A stretch of 64,000 nucleotides of DNA, taken from Novakomyces olei. Its lineage: Eukaryota. Shown in pieces: positions 1 through 13,230 of the stretch. Below the pieces are notes generated by a model. That model did not search any database and was not told the DNA's origin. It was given only the letters and a program-made list of their open reading frames with translations. Numbering within the stretch: position 1 is the stretch's first letter; each line of letters opens with the position of its first letter. A program made the translations under genes and the position numbers. The stretch is from positions 1,116,001 through 1,180,000 of the forward strand of contig JADEYG010000004.1 in assembly GCA_016906335.1 (NCBI GenBank), in the 5' to 3' direction.

Positions 1-1443
1 GCCAATGCGGCAACCAGATCGGTGTTGCTTTCTGGGAGACTATTGCGGGCGAGCATGGGCTCGACAACGACGGAATGTAATGCGTACAAACAAAAACAAA
101 AAATAAATCAAAATAGATCAAAATACTGATCCTTTTGTACAGTTATCACGGCACTACGGACGCGCAGAAAGAGCATTTGAACGTGTACTTCAACGAGGTA
201 AGCTCATACGGAGCGCTATATTTCTCCCTTTTCAAATCTAAATGCTAAATATCAATAGGCTGCGGATAACAAGTATGTGCCTCGTGCAGTACTCGTCGAC
301 CTCGAGCCCGGTACGATGGACGCGGTTCGATCCGGTCCATTGGGCAACCTCTTTCGCCCGGACAACTTCATCTTTGGCCAGAGCGGGGCTGGAAACGTCT
401 GGGCCAAAGGTCACTATACAGAAGGAGCTGAGCTCGTGGACTCCGTATTGGAAGTCGTCCGTCGCGAGGCTGAGGCCTGCGACTGCTTGCAGGGCTTCCA
501 GATCACTCATTCGCTGGGTGGAGGCACGGGAGCCGGAATGGGAACACTACTTATCAGCAAGATTCGTGAAGAATACCCTGACCGAATGATGGCCACGTTT
601 TCCGTTGTGCCCAGTCCTCGCGTGAGTGATACTGTTGTTGAGCCTTACAATGCTACTCTTTCCATCCATCAATTGGTGGAGAACTCTGACGAGACTTTTT
701 GCATCGATAATGAGGCACTTTACGATATCTGCCAGCGTACACTAAAACTTTCAGAGCCCACGTACCCTGAGCTTAATTCGCTTGTTTCCTCTGTAATGTC
801 AGGTGTCACAACCTGCCTGCGTTTCCCAGGCGAATTGAACTCTGACTTGCGTAAACTGGCTGTCAACATGGTTCCATTTCCTCGTCTCCACTTTTTTATG
901 GTGGGATTTGCTCCCTTGGTTGCTCGTGGCAGCAGTCAGTTCAGGAGCGTTTCCGTACCGGAGCTGACTCAGCAAATGTTTGACGCAAAGAACATGATGG
1001 CTGCCTCTGACCCTCGTCATGGACGCTACCTCACTGTCTGCACAATCTTCCGGGGCAAGATTAGTATGAAGGAAGTCGATGAGCAGATGCGTGCGGTACA
1101 GACCAAGAACTCGGCCTACTTTGTGGAATGGATCCCTGATAATGTGCAAAAGGCAGTCTGCAGTGTGCCGCCAAAGGGTGTCAAGATGTCGTCTACGTTT
1201 ATCGGTAATTCTACTTCGATCCAGGAGTTGTTCAAACGTGTCGGTGATCAGTTTACTGCCATGTTCCGTCGCAAGGCTTTTCTTCATTGGTATACTGGCG
1301 AGGGTATGGACGAGATGGAGTTTACCGAGGCAGAGAGTAACATGAACGATCTCGTTAGCGAGTACCAGCAGTACCAGGAGGCTGGTATCGAGGAAGAGGT
1401 GGAAGAGGAGTATGAGATTGAGGAGGAGATTGTCGAAGAATAA
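1..1443 (+). CDS. nda3: beta-tubulin (5' end outside window; introns 77-142 and 198-258)
   Basis: Spliced frame reads QCGNQIG...[22 protein letters not shown], with GGGTGAG GTP motif and acidic C-tail. GT..AG introns have CTGAT/CTAAA branch sites. Confidence 0.97.
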
Positions 1444-1923
1444 ATTCCTTCAGTCCGACAGTTGGGTTGAAGAGTGGAGAGAAATTAATTTTTGTCTTAA
1501 AGAATATATTTTCTTTTCATCTCGTTTGACTCGTAACATGGACTGGATAGTTTTTTTGAATTTTGATGCGTGCTTTTTACTTTGCGATTCATCGGGAACA
1601 TTTTTTACTATTACAAGAAGGATTGAAAAACGAAATTAAACCGATAGGAAAGCAAATAAAAGGCATTCGTCGACCTTTAGACGATTCTCTAGCGCGGAAA
1701 TTTGGCAAATCGGAATCCTTCCGTGTCTTTGATATAAATATCAGCTTCTTTTATATTCTTTATTCTTTTTCCAACTAATTATTCTTCATTTTAATTGTCG
1801 TTCGTATTCATTATTAATGGTGTTTAATTCTCAATTTGTGCAACTGTAACCCGTTTTAGGCTGTATTTATATCAAATTTGCAAGTAAGCTTTTATTGTAC
1901 AGTTTTTCTAATGAGGGGTATTG

Positions 1924-3912
1924 CTATTGAATGCCCAAATCTTTGCGGATCATTGCCGCACAAATCGGATGGTAAAACGTCTCGTTTTCCCGGAACGTTT
2001 TAACGGCCAGCATATGGTCCTTGCTGTTGAGAGCGCGATACGTGGGGCGTGCGAATTTCATACGGCCCACGCTTCCGAGCCATTTTGTAATATCGTCGTA
2101 AAGCGGACGCGCGTCGCTGTCGATACAAAGTGCGTAATAACGAAACAAAATCTCTGCGTTATGCGACTTTGCAAATCCATAAATATCGCCCAATGCCAAC
2201 GCGTGTTTTGCCGGCAAGGCGTCCTTCAGCTCAGCGCGTAAACTATCTAGAAATAATTCAATCTGCCCGGCTGACCAATCAGCGATATCCTTTCCGTTAA
2301 AATGCTGCGGCAAAGAATCCCACGCCATAGATTTTGCCTCTTGCCATTTGCGTGCGAGTTGGTATGATTTATCAGCCAGACTCGTGTCAAACGTGGGCTT
2401 TACAGGGGGCATTCCCGGCGCATAAAGCCAAGTATTCCAGTCAATGCTGTCAAGTTGGTGCTTATCGAAGTGATCGTACAATGCGACAAGAAATTGGTCC
2501 GTCGTGATTGACTGATTGCGGAAACGCTTAAAATATACGGGAATAAACTTTTCAAATACTTTCGGGCCGCCCACAGTCTGCTCAATGTGGTAGAGAAGGT
2601 TGAACCCCTTCTCATATGGAACAGTGGAAAAGGCATCGTCCGGATCATTTGACCCTAGTTGATATACTAACTTTGTGTATTCATGTTGTGGGCCGAGCAA
2701 ATCAACGCTGTCCTGCAAATCGTTCCAGCCCATAATTGCGTCGAATTGGCGCTGGGCCTCCCCGTGAAGGCGACCGAGAATCTTGCGCTCCAAAAACACA
2801 GTCCATCCCTCGTTTAGCCAGAAATGCTCCCACGTAGCATTCGTCACAAGGTTTCCACTCCATGAGTGGGCTAATTCGTGAGCAATTACGTCGACATTGC
2901 TGCGATCGCCCGCAACGAGGGTGGGCGTGGCGAAGGTCATATTGGGATTCTCCATTCCCCCATAAGGGAAAGACGGGGGGAGAACGATAAAATTGTACTG
3001 TTGCCAAGGATACGCGTATACGAGCGACTCGGCCGTGCCAATAAAACGCTCCATATCCCGCTCAAACTCAAACTTGCACGCTTCCAGTGCCGCAGGCTCA
3101 GTAAAAACTGTCGAACGTGGTCCAATTGAGCAGGAGGCAAGATCGCCACTAGCGATAGCAGTAAGATAAGACGGAATGGGCAATGGCTGATTGAATTGGT
3201 ACAACTGGGAGGAACGCGGTCCAGTAGAATCGCCTTTTTCACATTCTTGTTTGGTTCCTGGCTCGGTAGAGGACCCATTTTTGAAACTAGTCTCCGGTAG
3301 CCCACTCATCACTACAGGTAACGGCGACCATACTTTGGCATGGAATGTTGCTTTCACCTTTATATTAGAATTCTTCCAATCTCTAGAACAAAGATATAAA
3401 TAAAAGCATACCGAAGGGGTGTCCTGGCAAGGCATTAGAGAACGCGCGTGGATAGCTTGGCACTGTGAAAACATATAAGGGCTTTTACGGCCCACAGTTT
3501 GCGCGGGCGTGAGCCATTGCAATGCCGTGCATTGCCCTGTTGTGGCGTAAGCGATAGAAACGCGTACGTCATTGCCTTTTTCGGCCTCCGTCTGAATGCG
3601 AAGGGGCGCGCCCAAATGCGCCTCTGCGTCGCCCAGGCTAAAAGTGGCCGGACGATCATTTACATGTACTGCAGTGACGTCAAGGTGCCGTGTGTCCAGT
3701 GTTATGTGGCCGATAGGAGCCAAAGTGTGCATGTGCAATACAGTCTCGCCGTGTACACGTTGCTTTTCAAAGTCCACGGTCCATGAGAGATCAATATGAC
3801 GGGTTGCTACCTGCGCATAATTAGAAAGTGTCGTAGCGTCCGTCGTAGCGAGGCGTTGCTGCTGCGCCATTGGCTGCGTTACAGTCCTGTAGAGTCTGCT
3901 AAAAAGTCTCAT
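1924..3912 (-). CDS. LAP2: leukotriene A4 hydrolase / M1 aminopeptidase (54-nt intron 3358-3411)
   Basis: GGMEN and HELAHSW..NEGW zinc motifs; C-terminal GRMKFARP. Removing the GTATGC..AAG intron restores QDTPS-VKATF. Confidence 0.95.
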   Translation of the reverse strand: MRLFSRLYRTVTQPMAQQQRLATTDATTLSNYAQVATRHIDLSWTVDFEKQRVHGETVLHMHTLAPIGHITLDTRHLDVTAVHVNDRPATFSLGDAEAHLGAPLRIQTEAEKGNDVRVSIAYATTGQCTALQWLTPAQTVGRKSPYMFSQCQAIHARSLMPCQDTPSVCFYLYLCSRDWKNSNIKVKATFHAKVWSPLPVVMSGLPETSFKNGSSTEPGTKQECEKGDSTGPRSSQLYQFNQPLPIPSYLTAIASGDLASCSIGPRSTVFTEPAALEACKFEFERDMERFIGTAESLVYAYPWQQYNFIVLPPSFPYGGMENPNMTFATPTLVAGDRSNVDVIAHELAHSWSGNLVTNATWEHFWLNEGWTVFLERKILGRLHGEAQRQFDAIMGWNDLQDSVDLLGPQHEYTKLVYQLGSNDPDDAFSTVPYEKGFNLLYHIEQTVGGPKVFEKFIPVYFKRFRNQSITTDQFLVALYDHFDKHQLDSIDWNTWLYAPGMPPVKPTFDTSLADKSYQLARKWQEAKSMAWDSLPQHFNGKDIADWSAGQIELFLDSLRAELKDALPAKHALALGDIYGFAKSHNAEILFRYYALCIDSDARPLYDDITKWLGSVGRMKFARPTYRALNSKDHMLAVKTFRENETFYHPICAAMIRKDLGIQ

Positions 3913-4334
3913 AATGTCAATTACGTCTAATAAGCATTGATATATCTCGTTCTCTTTGAGTACGATTTTAATGTGAATATGATTACAATCGTCTGGAGTT
4001 TTAAGTAGCAGCCGTTAGCGTTTGTTAGGGTTATTACTTAAAAAGAGTTTGCGATACCGTGCTTGCTCTGTTTCTGTGTATGGCTCGACAGTTTTATACA
4101 CATAATTCTCGTGATATCGTGCTGAATGATCTTCTTGTTAGCAACTGATCAATCGTCAAAGCTATGATTTGTTAGTTATATGAAGTTTTGAACATTCAAA
4201 ACCTGTAACAAAAATGATCCAGCTTATCAGTATTACAATCTACAGCACATGTTTGGGCAACTTGACGAGATTTTTAAATAGATAAATATACTATCTAAGA
4301 TCCAAAATCATTGATATTTAATTTTTATCCAATT

Positions 4335-5550
4335 TCAATACTCCCCCTCCTCTTCCTCCTCTTCCGCAGCTGCCTTTTGCCTCTCAATATGGGCCGCTGT
4401 ATCCTGGCACCAGCCCTCCACTTTGTGAAGCATAAGCTCGCCCCTTACAAGAGAGCTGCGCACGCGTTGCAAGCACCTTAAAAATTCACCAGACCGATCT
4501 AAAGCAGCCTGTAGAAGTTTCTTTGTTTCAAGTGCTTCACTCGCACTTACACCAAAATTAGGGTCAAAATCATTACGTAAGAAATCTTTCAGACCGTTTG
4601 TCTGATTTGACGTCATTGTTCGTGTAACCCGACGGCCGGAAACCTGGCCAGATTCATCTTCCCCATCGGCTTTGGCCTGGTTTTGCTTAGCCGTTTCCAT
4701 ATCCACCATAAGGAAATTTGGATTGCTCCCTAAAAGAGCGGTTAAAAACCGTTCCAATTGTGTATAGTAGGCGTGTTCAATGGCGATAGCCGAAAGGGCC
4801 TGATTTTTCAATATTGGAATAGTGGGACGCGTAAATAGCTGAGAGTATGAAGAGTGTTTGAGTACATCAGCCGGATTTGTAATAGGAGACAATAGATCTA
4901 TAGTTAGTATTTAGTTTCGGAAATAAAGAAAAAGTTTTGTGGAACAAGAGTTGATATGCAGGCTCATTTAATATATGCTTGTAATTTTTCTCTTGTTTTT
5001 GCCGACTCTATTATTCTCTTGTATCATCTATCCTTGTCCTTTTCCTGTCTCCAAAACAGACTTGTTTCTTTCAATTAATTCCTCCTATTACGCTTAATCC
5101 TGATCATTCTTTTGCTCTTCCTTTTTATTCAAAGCTTCGAGCCCTATCCTTACCATGCAGATTGACGTCAGAGTACGGATCACTAGACGAATCGTCTTCC
5201 TCGCTGTCTGAGCGTGGAGGGTATTTGTGGATAATCTTCCGCTTCTTGCCCACATATTGCACCAGCTACTAGTCAGCAATTTGTTATAATTTGGCTTCAA
5301 TCAATACTACCTTTCTGTCGTACACGATACTCCGTGTATCCGTCAACTTGCCCAAATGTACGTACCGTGATCGTCGTTTCAGCTTATTGTACCAATTATG
5401 CTGCTCATCGCCAATCGATTCATCTGAATCCGAAGCTGTTCCCGTTAGAACGCCAAATACTTATAGCTTACCATTAAATTGACGTGAAAGAGCCGCTTTA
5501 AAATTAGCTAGCTCTGTTTCTGTGTCGAGGTAATGTTTCTTTGGCGGCAT
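4335..5550 (-). CDS. RXT2: Rxt2-like subunit of the Rpd3L/Clr6 histone deacetylase complex (multi-exon)
   Basis: Spliced exons give MPPKKHYL..SDSDESIG..NKLKRRSRYVHLGKL. The last exon has SPITNPADVLKH..FTRPTI..AIEHAY, resembling the RXT2_N domain. Confidence 0.7.
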
Positions 5551-5865
5551 TCTGACACCACCATAGATGATCGGGACGGGGTAGATATTATGGCTGTAGA
5601 TGAGATTGATGTATGTAGCAAAGTAGTATAATTTTAATCATATTTACAAGCAATAAATATTAACAACAGTATAAATAGTTATGTATTGGCTGATTAGGGT
5701 TAGTTAGAGTTAGCTTTTCACCGCTTGCGCGTTAACATAAACGTTACCGCTAGCTAACCCTTATTATGACGGAAAGTAAATAAACGTCTGTTGATACCAA
5801 ATTGCTAACAGACGTCGCGGACGTTCGATTCTCCGCGTACTTTTTTAAGGGCGTGACCTTGCGCA

Positions 5866-7459
5866 ATGTCCCAAGCGAACGTGTCTTTTAATGCTATCGT
5901 AAGTCAATCTATTTGTGGATTCGGCGTTGTTATGGATGAATCATTGAAAAAGAGAAAAATAGCTGGAGATTTTTTTTCAAAATTGCACATTTTTACGGCT
6001 TTGTACTCAATTTCAAGCTTTCTGAGTTGGTTAGACTCTGCGTTGAAGGCACGTAACAGATCGCGAAGCTGTTTGTGCTATCGAACGAGTAATTCACCAT
6101 TTTAAGGACGATAAAGAGCCTGATCATAGCACCAACAGGGCATAATATGCAGATTTAGCAGTGTCTAGTTTGCCTACTAAGCGCAGTGAATCGTCTGCTT
6201 TAAAGACTTTGGACGTTTCTGATAGTGAGCGTACGTTGGGCTTACCTGCGAAAAGTGTTCAAGACTTTTCTCAACTCTACAAAGGGGAGTGGCCTCCACC
6301 GCTACCCGTGATCGAAAATAAACAAATTCGAGAGATTGTATTCACTCATTTGTCATTTGCACATGATCACTTGAATGGACAAAAGAACTTTGATATTGGG
6401 CGTGAAGACAGAAAGTTCAAGTCGTTGGGCGATAGTTTGTTCAATCATATAATGCTGCTAATAATTTTTTCGCGTAATCCAACTTGGACAAAGCGCAAAA
6501 AGTCGCGAGTTCGAGCTGAACTTACCTCTAAAGTCGGCACAGTTTTATGCGGAAACATATGGGTTGCCGGAAAGGCTGCGAGTTGGGGATGAATACGTTC
6601 GTCGACAATGCATTAGCTCAGGGCCTCTTGCATCTAGTGCTGGAAATTCGTAGGATCATCTCATTGAATTCAAGCAAAGAGTAAAGATGCATGCTGACTT
6701 TTTTGAGGCCTATATTGCTGGCCTTGTCATGAGTAGTCCACCTAATGGCTATGAAGTGGCTCAAAGGTTCATTTTTGAGCTAATCAGTCCTAAGCTAAAG
6801 GATTACGAGGACGCAGAGACAAGTAAGATTGGATTGGATGAATTGGCAAAGAAAAAGGTGTAAAATTTGCTGTTTGATCTTTACGGGCCAAAGGCGCACT
6901 CTTGCATTGAATATCGTGTTGTGGATGATAATATAATGACACCCTCTGAAAGATACACAGCGGCCTTGTGTATTGGCAAATACGAAGCCGGCATCGGCCG
7001 AGCTCAGACTAAAAAGCGTGCTCGGTTGATTGCGGCTATGAAAGCTCTGTCCATTCTTGAGCAGAACTCAACCGAGCGAAGAGAACGAATCAGTAAAGAG
7101 ATTGAGCAGAAGCTGGATGGCATAGATACCAATTGCAAAGCAGTCGGTATAACTGCACAGGAGCCGTCATGTGACCCTAGAAAGCGACTTAGTCGTCGTT
7201 TGCGTTCGAATCCGACAATTCGACCGACAGTGACATGGGCGTACAAAAAATTGGGTGCAAGCCTTTGGCTTCCATTGAAAATTTGACCGATAGCTTGAAG
7301 ACAGATACCACAGAAAAAAGTGACAAAGAAAACGCAGGAGCAAAAACGATGGCGTCTCGTCAATTTTTGGCAGGCAATATGAAGAGAAAGACGAGTTTCC
7401 CGCTTATTGAATTTGATACAGTGGGTGAAGAACTTGGGTCGAAAAGAAAAAGACTTTAG
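5866..7459 (+). pseudogene. disrupted Pac1/Rnt1-type RNase III gene (RNase III domain + dsRBD)
   Basis: WPPPLP, VFTHLS, degenerate DRKFKSLGDS, ADFFEAYIAGL and dsRBD GRAQTKKRARLIAAMKAL. Frameshift near 6531; in-frame stops at 6651 (TAG) and 6861 (TAA); further stops upstream. Confidence 0.8.
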
Positions 7460-7698
7460 CCGAGTTTCGAACGACATGTTTGAGGGGACATGGTTTTTGC
7501 CCAATTTCAAGCAATACGAGTCGTGGCTTGACCAATCTTTCGGTCACGCAAGGCCATGCCTTTTTCGTTATAATCATGTTTCTACCGGTCGAAATAATCT
7601 GAATTTAAAAGCAGTTAGACCAACTTGGACAGCAATTTGACAGCGTCGGCGAAGAGTGAGGGCTGGGCAAAAGGCGCTCGCTTTTGGTGATAATTTGG

Positions 7699-8079
<381 letters not shown>

Positions 8080-8686
8080 GTCAATGTCACAGAAACGCGA
8101 CCGTACTTCCATAAAGGGAAAGCAATTACTTACCGAATTGGGGCTTGGTCCGTTTTAGGATATGAAGAAAAATATACATGATTTAAGTATAGGATTAGTT
8201 AGGGAAATGCGGAATTATTACGACTTTTATTATATACACATAAGCAGGAAAATAATCTAGTCTCAGGTACATGGTTATGGAAACAGACTACCAACAACAC
8301 GCAGTTTCGAACAAATTCAGTGCAGTGAATTTTATAAGACTTTCTGCTATTCTCTTGCGCTGAGGGCACTATTTTTGCACATTGCCGTAATAAATATTGG
8401 ACGTCAAAGGGGTTCATAATAAATAATAAGTAGTTAAATATTCATCAATAACGAATCAGGGTTAGTTAGGGTTAAAAGTAAGTCATTATTGTTTATGATT
8501 GATTCATATTGAGCAAATCTAAATTCAAGCAACTACGAGTTTCCGAAATAAATTTAATTAAATCGCCGATTTAAATGATCCAATTAAATCAAATAAATCA
8601 AATAATATAGTAATCGATAAATTCAATAGTTCCGTAATTGACAAGCTGAACAGCCTTCTCAAACGTGTCAGCGATAATCTGCTGAT

Positions 8687-11438
8687 ATGGTTTCCAAAAC
8701 GGCGGCGCTAAATCAAACTGTACATGACGCATTTGTCGATGTGGACACTGTCGTATTGGATTATTGTTTGGGTAAGATACCAATATAAAATATCAAACTG
8801 ATAAAGTCAAAGGATTTGTAGAAGATTCAGTCGAGGCTTTTGATCAAAAGGCAGAAGATGCAATTTCCACAGTGAGCGCACTTCTTTTGGACGCAGGGGG
8901 TGATGTGCACAAGGTCGAGGCATTGGAATATCAACTAAGAGAGCTCTTCAAAGAACGAGATGCAAAGAAAGAACATCATGCGGGAAATGGAGAATCTAAG
9001 CTCATGCGTCTGGATCAGACTATAAATATGGGAGCGCAGTCGCAAACAAGCTCAACGCTAGGCTTAGTAGGCGCTAAAGTAGATCTTGACGCTGTTAAGG
9101 GCAGAAAAGTCGAATCTAAAGTAGATCGGAAGAAGCTGCAAAAGGCAGAAGCAAAAATTCGTGCTAAGTGGGAGAAACGTGTCTTGAAAGCGGATTATGA
9201 ATCGTCAAAGTTGATCCAGCCAGAGCAGGCTTCGTATGAAGAATTTTATATGAACGTAAACCCGTTGCAAATGGAGTCTTCTGCTGGTAAAAATAAGGAT
9301 ATAAAGATCGACAACTTCGATCTTTCTTTTGGCAGCAAGCGTATCCTTACAGATGCTAGGTTAGACTTTTGCATTATTTAATATTCAATATTGAAGGAAA
9401 ATAAAAGTTAGTTTCTTTGATTGATATGGCTAACCGCTGTTTCTAGTCTCAATCTGTCGTATGGGAGGCGATTTGGTTTGGTTGGTTCTAACGGTGTGGG
9501 TAAATCCACACTGTTGCGAGCTATTAGTCGCCGTGAGTTAAATATTCCAAAATATATAACAATTCTCCACGTGGAACAGGAAGTTGTTGGAGATGATACG
9601 CCAGCACTACAAGCCGTGCTCGACGCCGATGTTTGGCGTAAGCATCTTTTACAAGAAAGCAACGTAAGCCTTTCGATTGGGTTTGCCAATTGGATTTCCT
9701 TTATTTCAGTCAGAAATTCGGATTATAATTGTTACCAAAATTACAATCAATTGTCATTCAAAAACACCTCTTTCCTCTGTTCTGTTCATATTTTCTTTTT
9801 TATTTCTAATATCCAAATTTCATTTTCTCTCTATCTTTGTAATCATTAACAATATATAGCGAATTCAATCTCGTCTCGGTGAAATTGGGGACGAGCTTCA
9901 AGAATACGCACAAGACAAGGACAATGCTGATCAAGCGGGAGCTCGTCGATTAGAGCGGGAGCGCGATGACCTTGATTCGCAATTTACAGATATCACAAAT
10001 CGACTTGCTGAAATGGAATCCGACAAGGCCGAATCCCGGGCTGCCACCATATTAGCAGGGTTAGGGTTTACAACAGCAGCTCAGGCGCAGGCCACAAAAC
10101 AGTTTTCTGGTGGTTGGAGAATGAGACTTTCGCTTGCTCGTGCACTCTTTTGTAACCCTGACTTATTACTGCTCGACGAGCCTTCAAACATGTTGGACGT
10201 TCCCAGTATTGCATTTTTATCAGATTATCTACAGACAAAATTTCATAATACTGTGCTTGTTGTATCCCACGATCGTGCGTTTTTGGATGAAGTGGCAACC
10301 GATATTATTCATCAGCATAGTGAACGACTCGATACTTACCGAGGCAATTTTACCCAATTTTATGCTACCAAGGAGGAGAGATCACAGCATCAAGTTAGAG
10401 AATATGAAAAACAAATGGATTACCGTCGTCATTTGCAGTCGTTCATTGACAAATTTAGGTACAATGCGGCCAAGTCTTCAGAGGCACAGAGCCGTATCAA
10501 AAAATTGGAAAAGTTACCGGTGCTAGAAGTCCCGGAAAAGGAGCAGCAAGTGGTTTTTAGGTTTCCCGAGGTGGAAAAGATATCGCCGCCTGTTATGCAG
10601 ATGGATGGTAAGAGAATTGTCAAGCTTTTATTCTTTGGGTTGTCGTTCCTCTTTTACATCATTCTAGTTTCATGTGAATTTTTATTCTAATTTCAATTTA
10701 TTCCTTTTCCTTGTCTCTAATACGCAGGTGTTACATTTGGATACTCGTCGGACCGGCTCATCTTAAAAAATGTCAATATAGATGTTCAACTCGACTCAAG
10801 AATCGGTGTAATTGGTCCAAACGGAGCGGGAAAGACTACGATGCTTAAGTTGCTGATTGAAAAGCTTCGACCAGTTTCAGGACAGTATGTGCAATTCGTT
10901 TTCTGTTTTAACCTTACTCTTCTCTATTTTTCACCTGCTCCTTTTAACAAACAGTGTCACAAAACATCCTCGTCTACGCATCGCCTATTTTGCACAGCAT
11001 CACGTCGATGCTTTGGATCTTAATTTATCAGCTCTTTCGTTTGTTTCTAAGACCTTCCCTGGATTACAGGAAGAAGAGTATCGAAGGCATTTGGGCGCCT
11101 TTGGCGTTTCTGGTCCCATGGCCTTGCAAAAAATGGCGACGCTTTCTGGAGGTCAAAAGTCTCGTGTAGCATTTGCATGCTTGGGTATGGTCCGACCTCA
11201 CATTTTGGTCATGGATGAGCCGACAAATCATCTTGACATGCAGGCCATGGATGCTCTAATCGAGGCTATTGAGAATTACGGTGGAGGAGTTATTCTCGTG
11301 AGTCACGATGTAAGTTTCTTGGATGCTGCTTGCAAGTCGCTTTGGCTTTGTGAGAATGGAACAGTGACGAAATTTGATGGAAACATTGCGCAGTACAAGA
11401 AACGGTGTTTGGAAGAGCAGGATTTGGGACAGCAATAG
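8687..11438 (+). CDS. GCN20: ABC-F family translational regulator Gcn20/ABCF3 (about 5 introns)
   Basis: Two ABC domains (GSNGVGKS, FSGGWRMR, LLDEP; GPNGAGKT, LSGGQKSR, MDEPTNHLD), no TM segments, and an N-terminal KVESKVDRKKLQKAE extension. Confidence 0.9.
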
Positions 11439-11454
11439 AGTGAATGAATGAATG

Positions 11455-11650
<196 letters not shown>

Positions 11651-11839
11651 AAAATAAATCTGACAACAATTAGAATTATTCTTATAAGCTTATTATAAAA
11701 CCCGTTAATTTCGATCTTTTTATCAGAAACTCATATTTGTACGTCAACACCTATCCATCGAAAATGCATGCAATGCAATTAATTCAGTATATATCATAAT
11801 TTTGCACGCACAAGCTCTGAGGAAAACGTATAATTTGTT

Positions 11840-12499
11840 CTAAAACGCAGCGCCAAAAAGCCGTTCGGCGAAGCCCTGCTTCGCCTTTTCGTATGCATTG
11901 GCAATTGTATCATCAGAGGGCCGTCCGGAAATACGAGAGGCTACAATATTTGCGTCCGTCTCGACAATAATACCATCATCTACGACCTCGTCGACGCAAA
12001 TAGCGAGCAGATCATAAGCCTCCATTAACGTCCGTTTATCAATTGTCGTTCTAAACCGTTAGTGAAAACTTGGCTACACTTTTATGATCAATACAGAGTT
12101 TGTTTAATTGATCCATTATTGTTCTCGTCTTGAATTTTGAGCTTACCGTACTGTAAGTTCCATTGCGTCCTTTATGGCGGAAACAACACCCATCAGCATG
12201 AATTCGCTGTCCTCCAACGAGCCGACTGCGTAAATCATACAGTCAACACTTTGCTTGTAGACTACGATACGATTGTCGTACAATATTATATCGTGGCTCG
12301 TTTTTCGCGTCTTTTCAAACAAGCCTTTTTCGAACGCTTTTTGGTCTTTTAATGTAGGAAAAGCGTTGGAAAAAACGTGAGCCGCACCATGCGGAAGAGC
12401 ATGCGGAGACTGATAGTACTGTGCAAAAATGCGTTCGGCGTTTGGGCCCAATACAATTACCGCGTTGACCACGTACAATGATAGATTGGCGTCCCCCAT
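11840..12499 (-). CDS. RET3: coatomer zeta subunit (one intron ~12050-12145)
   Basis: NLSLYVVNAV, QKAFEKGLFEKT, DKRTLMEAYDLLAICVDEVVDDGIIVETD (longin/Clat_adaptor_s family). Confidence 0.92.
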
Positions 12500-13230
12500 T
12501 GCTTGCCGTAAGATTGAACTCCGCGTTATTTGTATTTTTATATATAAGGTATGAGTTTGTATATCTAATAGGTTTATTGCTTCTGAGAATGTGAACTGTC
12601 CATAGTTTATTATTTATATTTGACCCTGACTAACCCTGATCCGTCATTATATCATCTATAATCTATTATCGATTATTTAGTATTTATTATTTAATATTTA
12701 CTTTTTATTATGTTAAAATTATTAATGTAAATATTGTTGGATAGATTGTTCGAATGGTTAATATTAATAATCTTTCTACAGTAAAAGACAGTGAAATTCC
12801 GCCAAGGTCAAAGGGATTCATCCATGGATATATATATTCATATCCAGAAAGTAGGTAAGTAAATACGGGTTAAAGACAAATCGTAATAGTTTCAAATTTG
12901 GCTAAAGGAATGAGAGTATTTAGAAAAGTAACTTTATAAGTTGACAGAGTCCATATTTCAACAGTTCACTTTACCGAGCATTTATGTGTTGCCATATAAT
13001 ATGTGCGCGCTTTAGTGCTGAGTCAGAACAAAGTAATCATGAGATCTGCAATTATTTAAGTCGCGATATATCGTCAACATTTGAAACCGGAATCAATTGG
13101 TTTTTTTAAACGGTGCATGCGCGGGATCTTTATCGTGGCCTTGATTGCAATTACGCTGAACTCACTGTGGCTCCTTGCGCGTCGGTCGGCAAATCAGCCA
13201 ATACTGTCTGGTCGTTTGTTTAGCATAGCA

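Noticed and set aside
1867-1929. CAA-TAG-CAA stop context of LTA4H suggesting readthrough
   Set aside because: The downstream hexamer CAATAC does not fit CARYYA, and the extension ends without a targeting signal.
5816-5837. GTTCGATTC B-box/T-loop-like motif in a CGCGGA..TCCGCG hairpin
   Set aside because: No cloverleaf, acceptor stem or A box is recognisable, so it is not called a tRNA.
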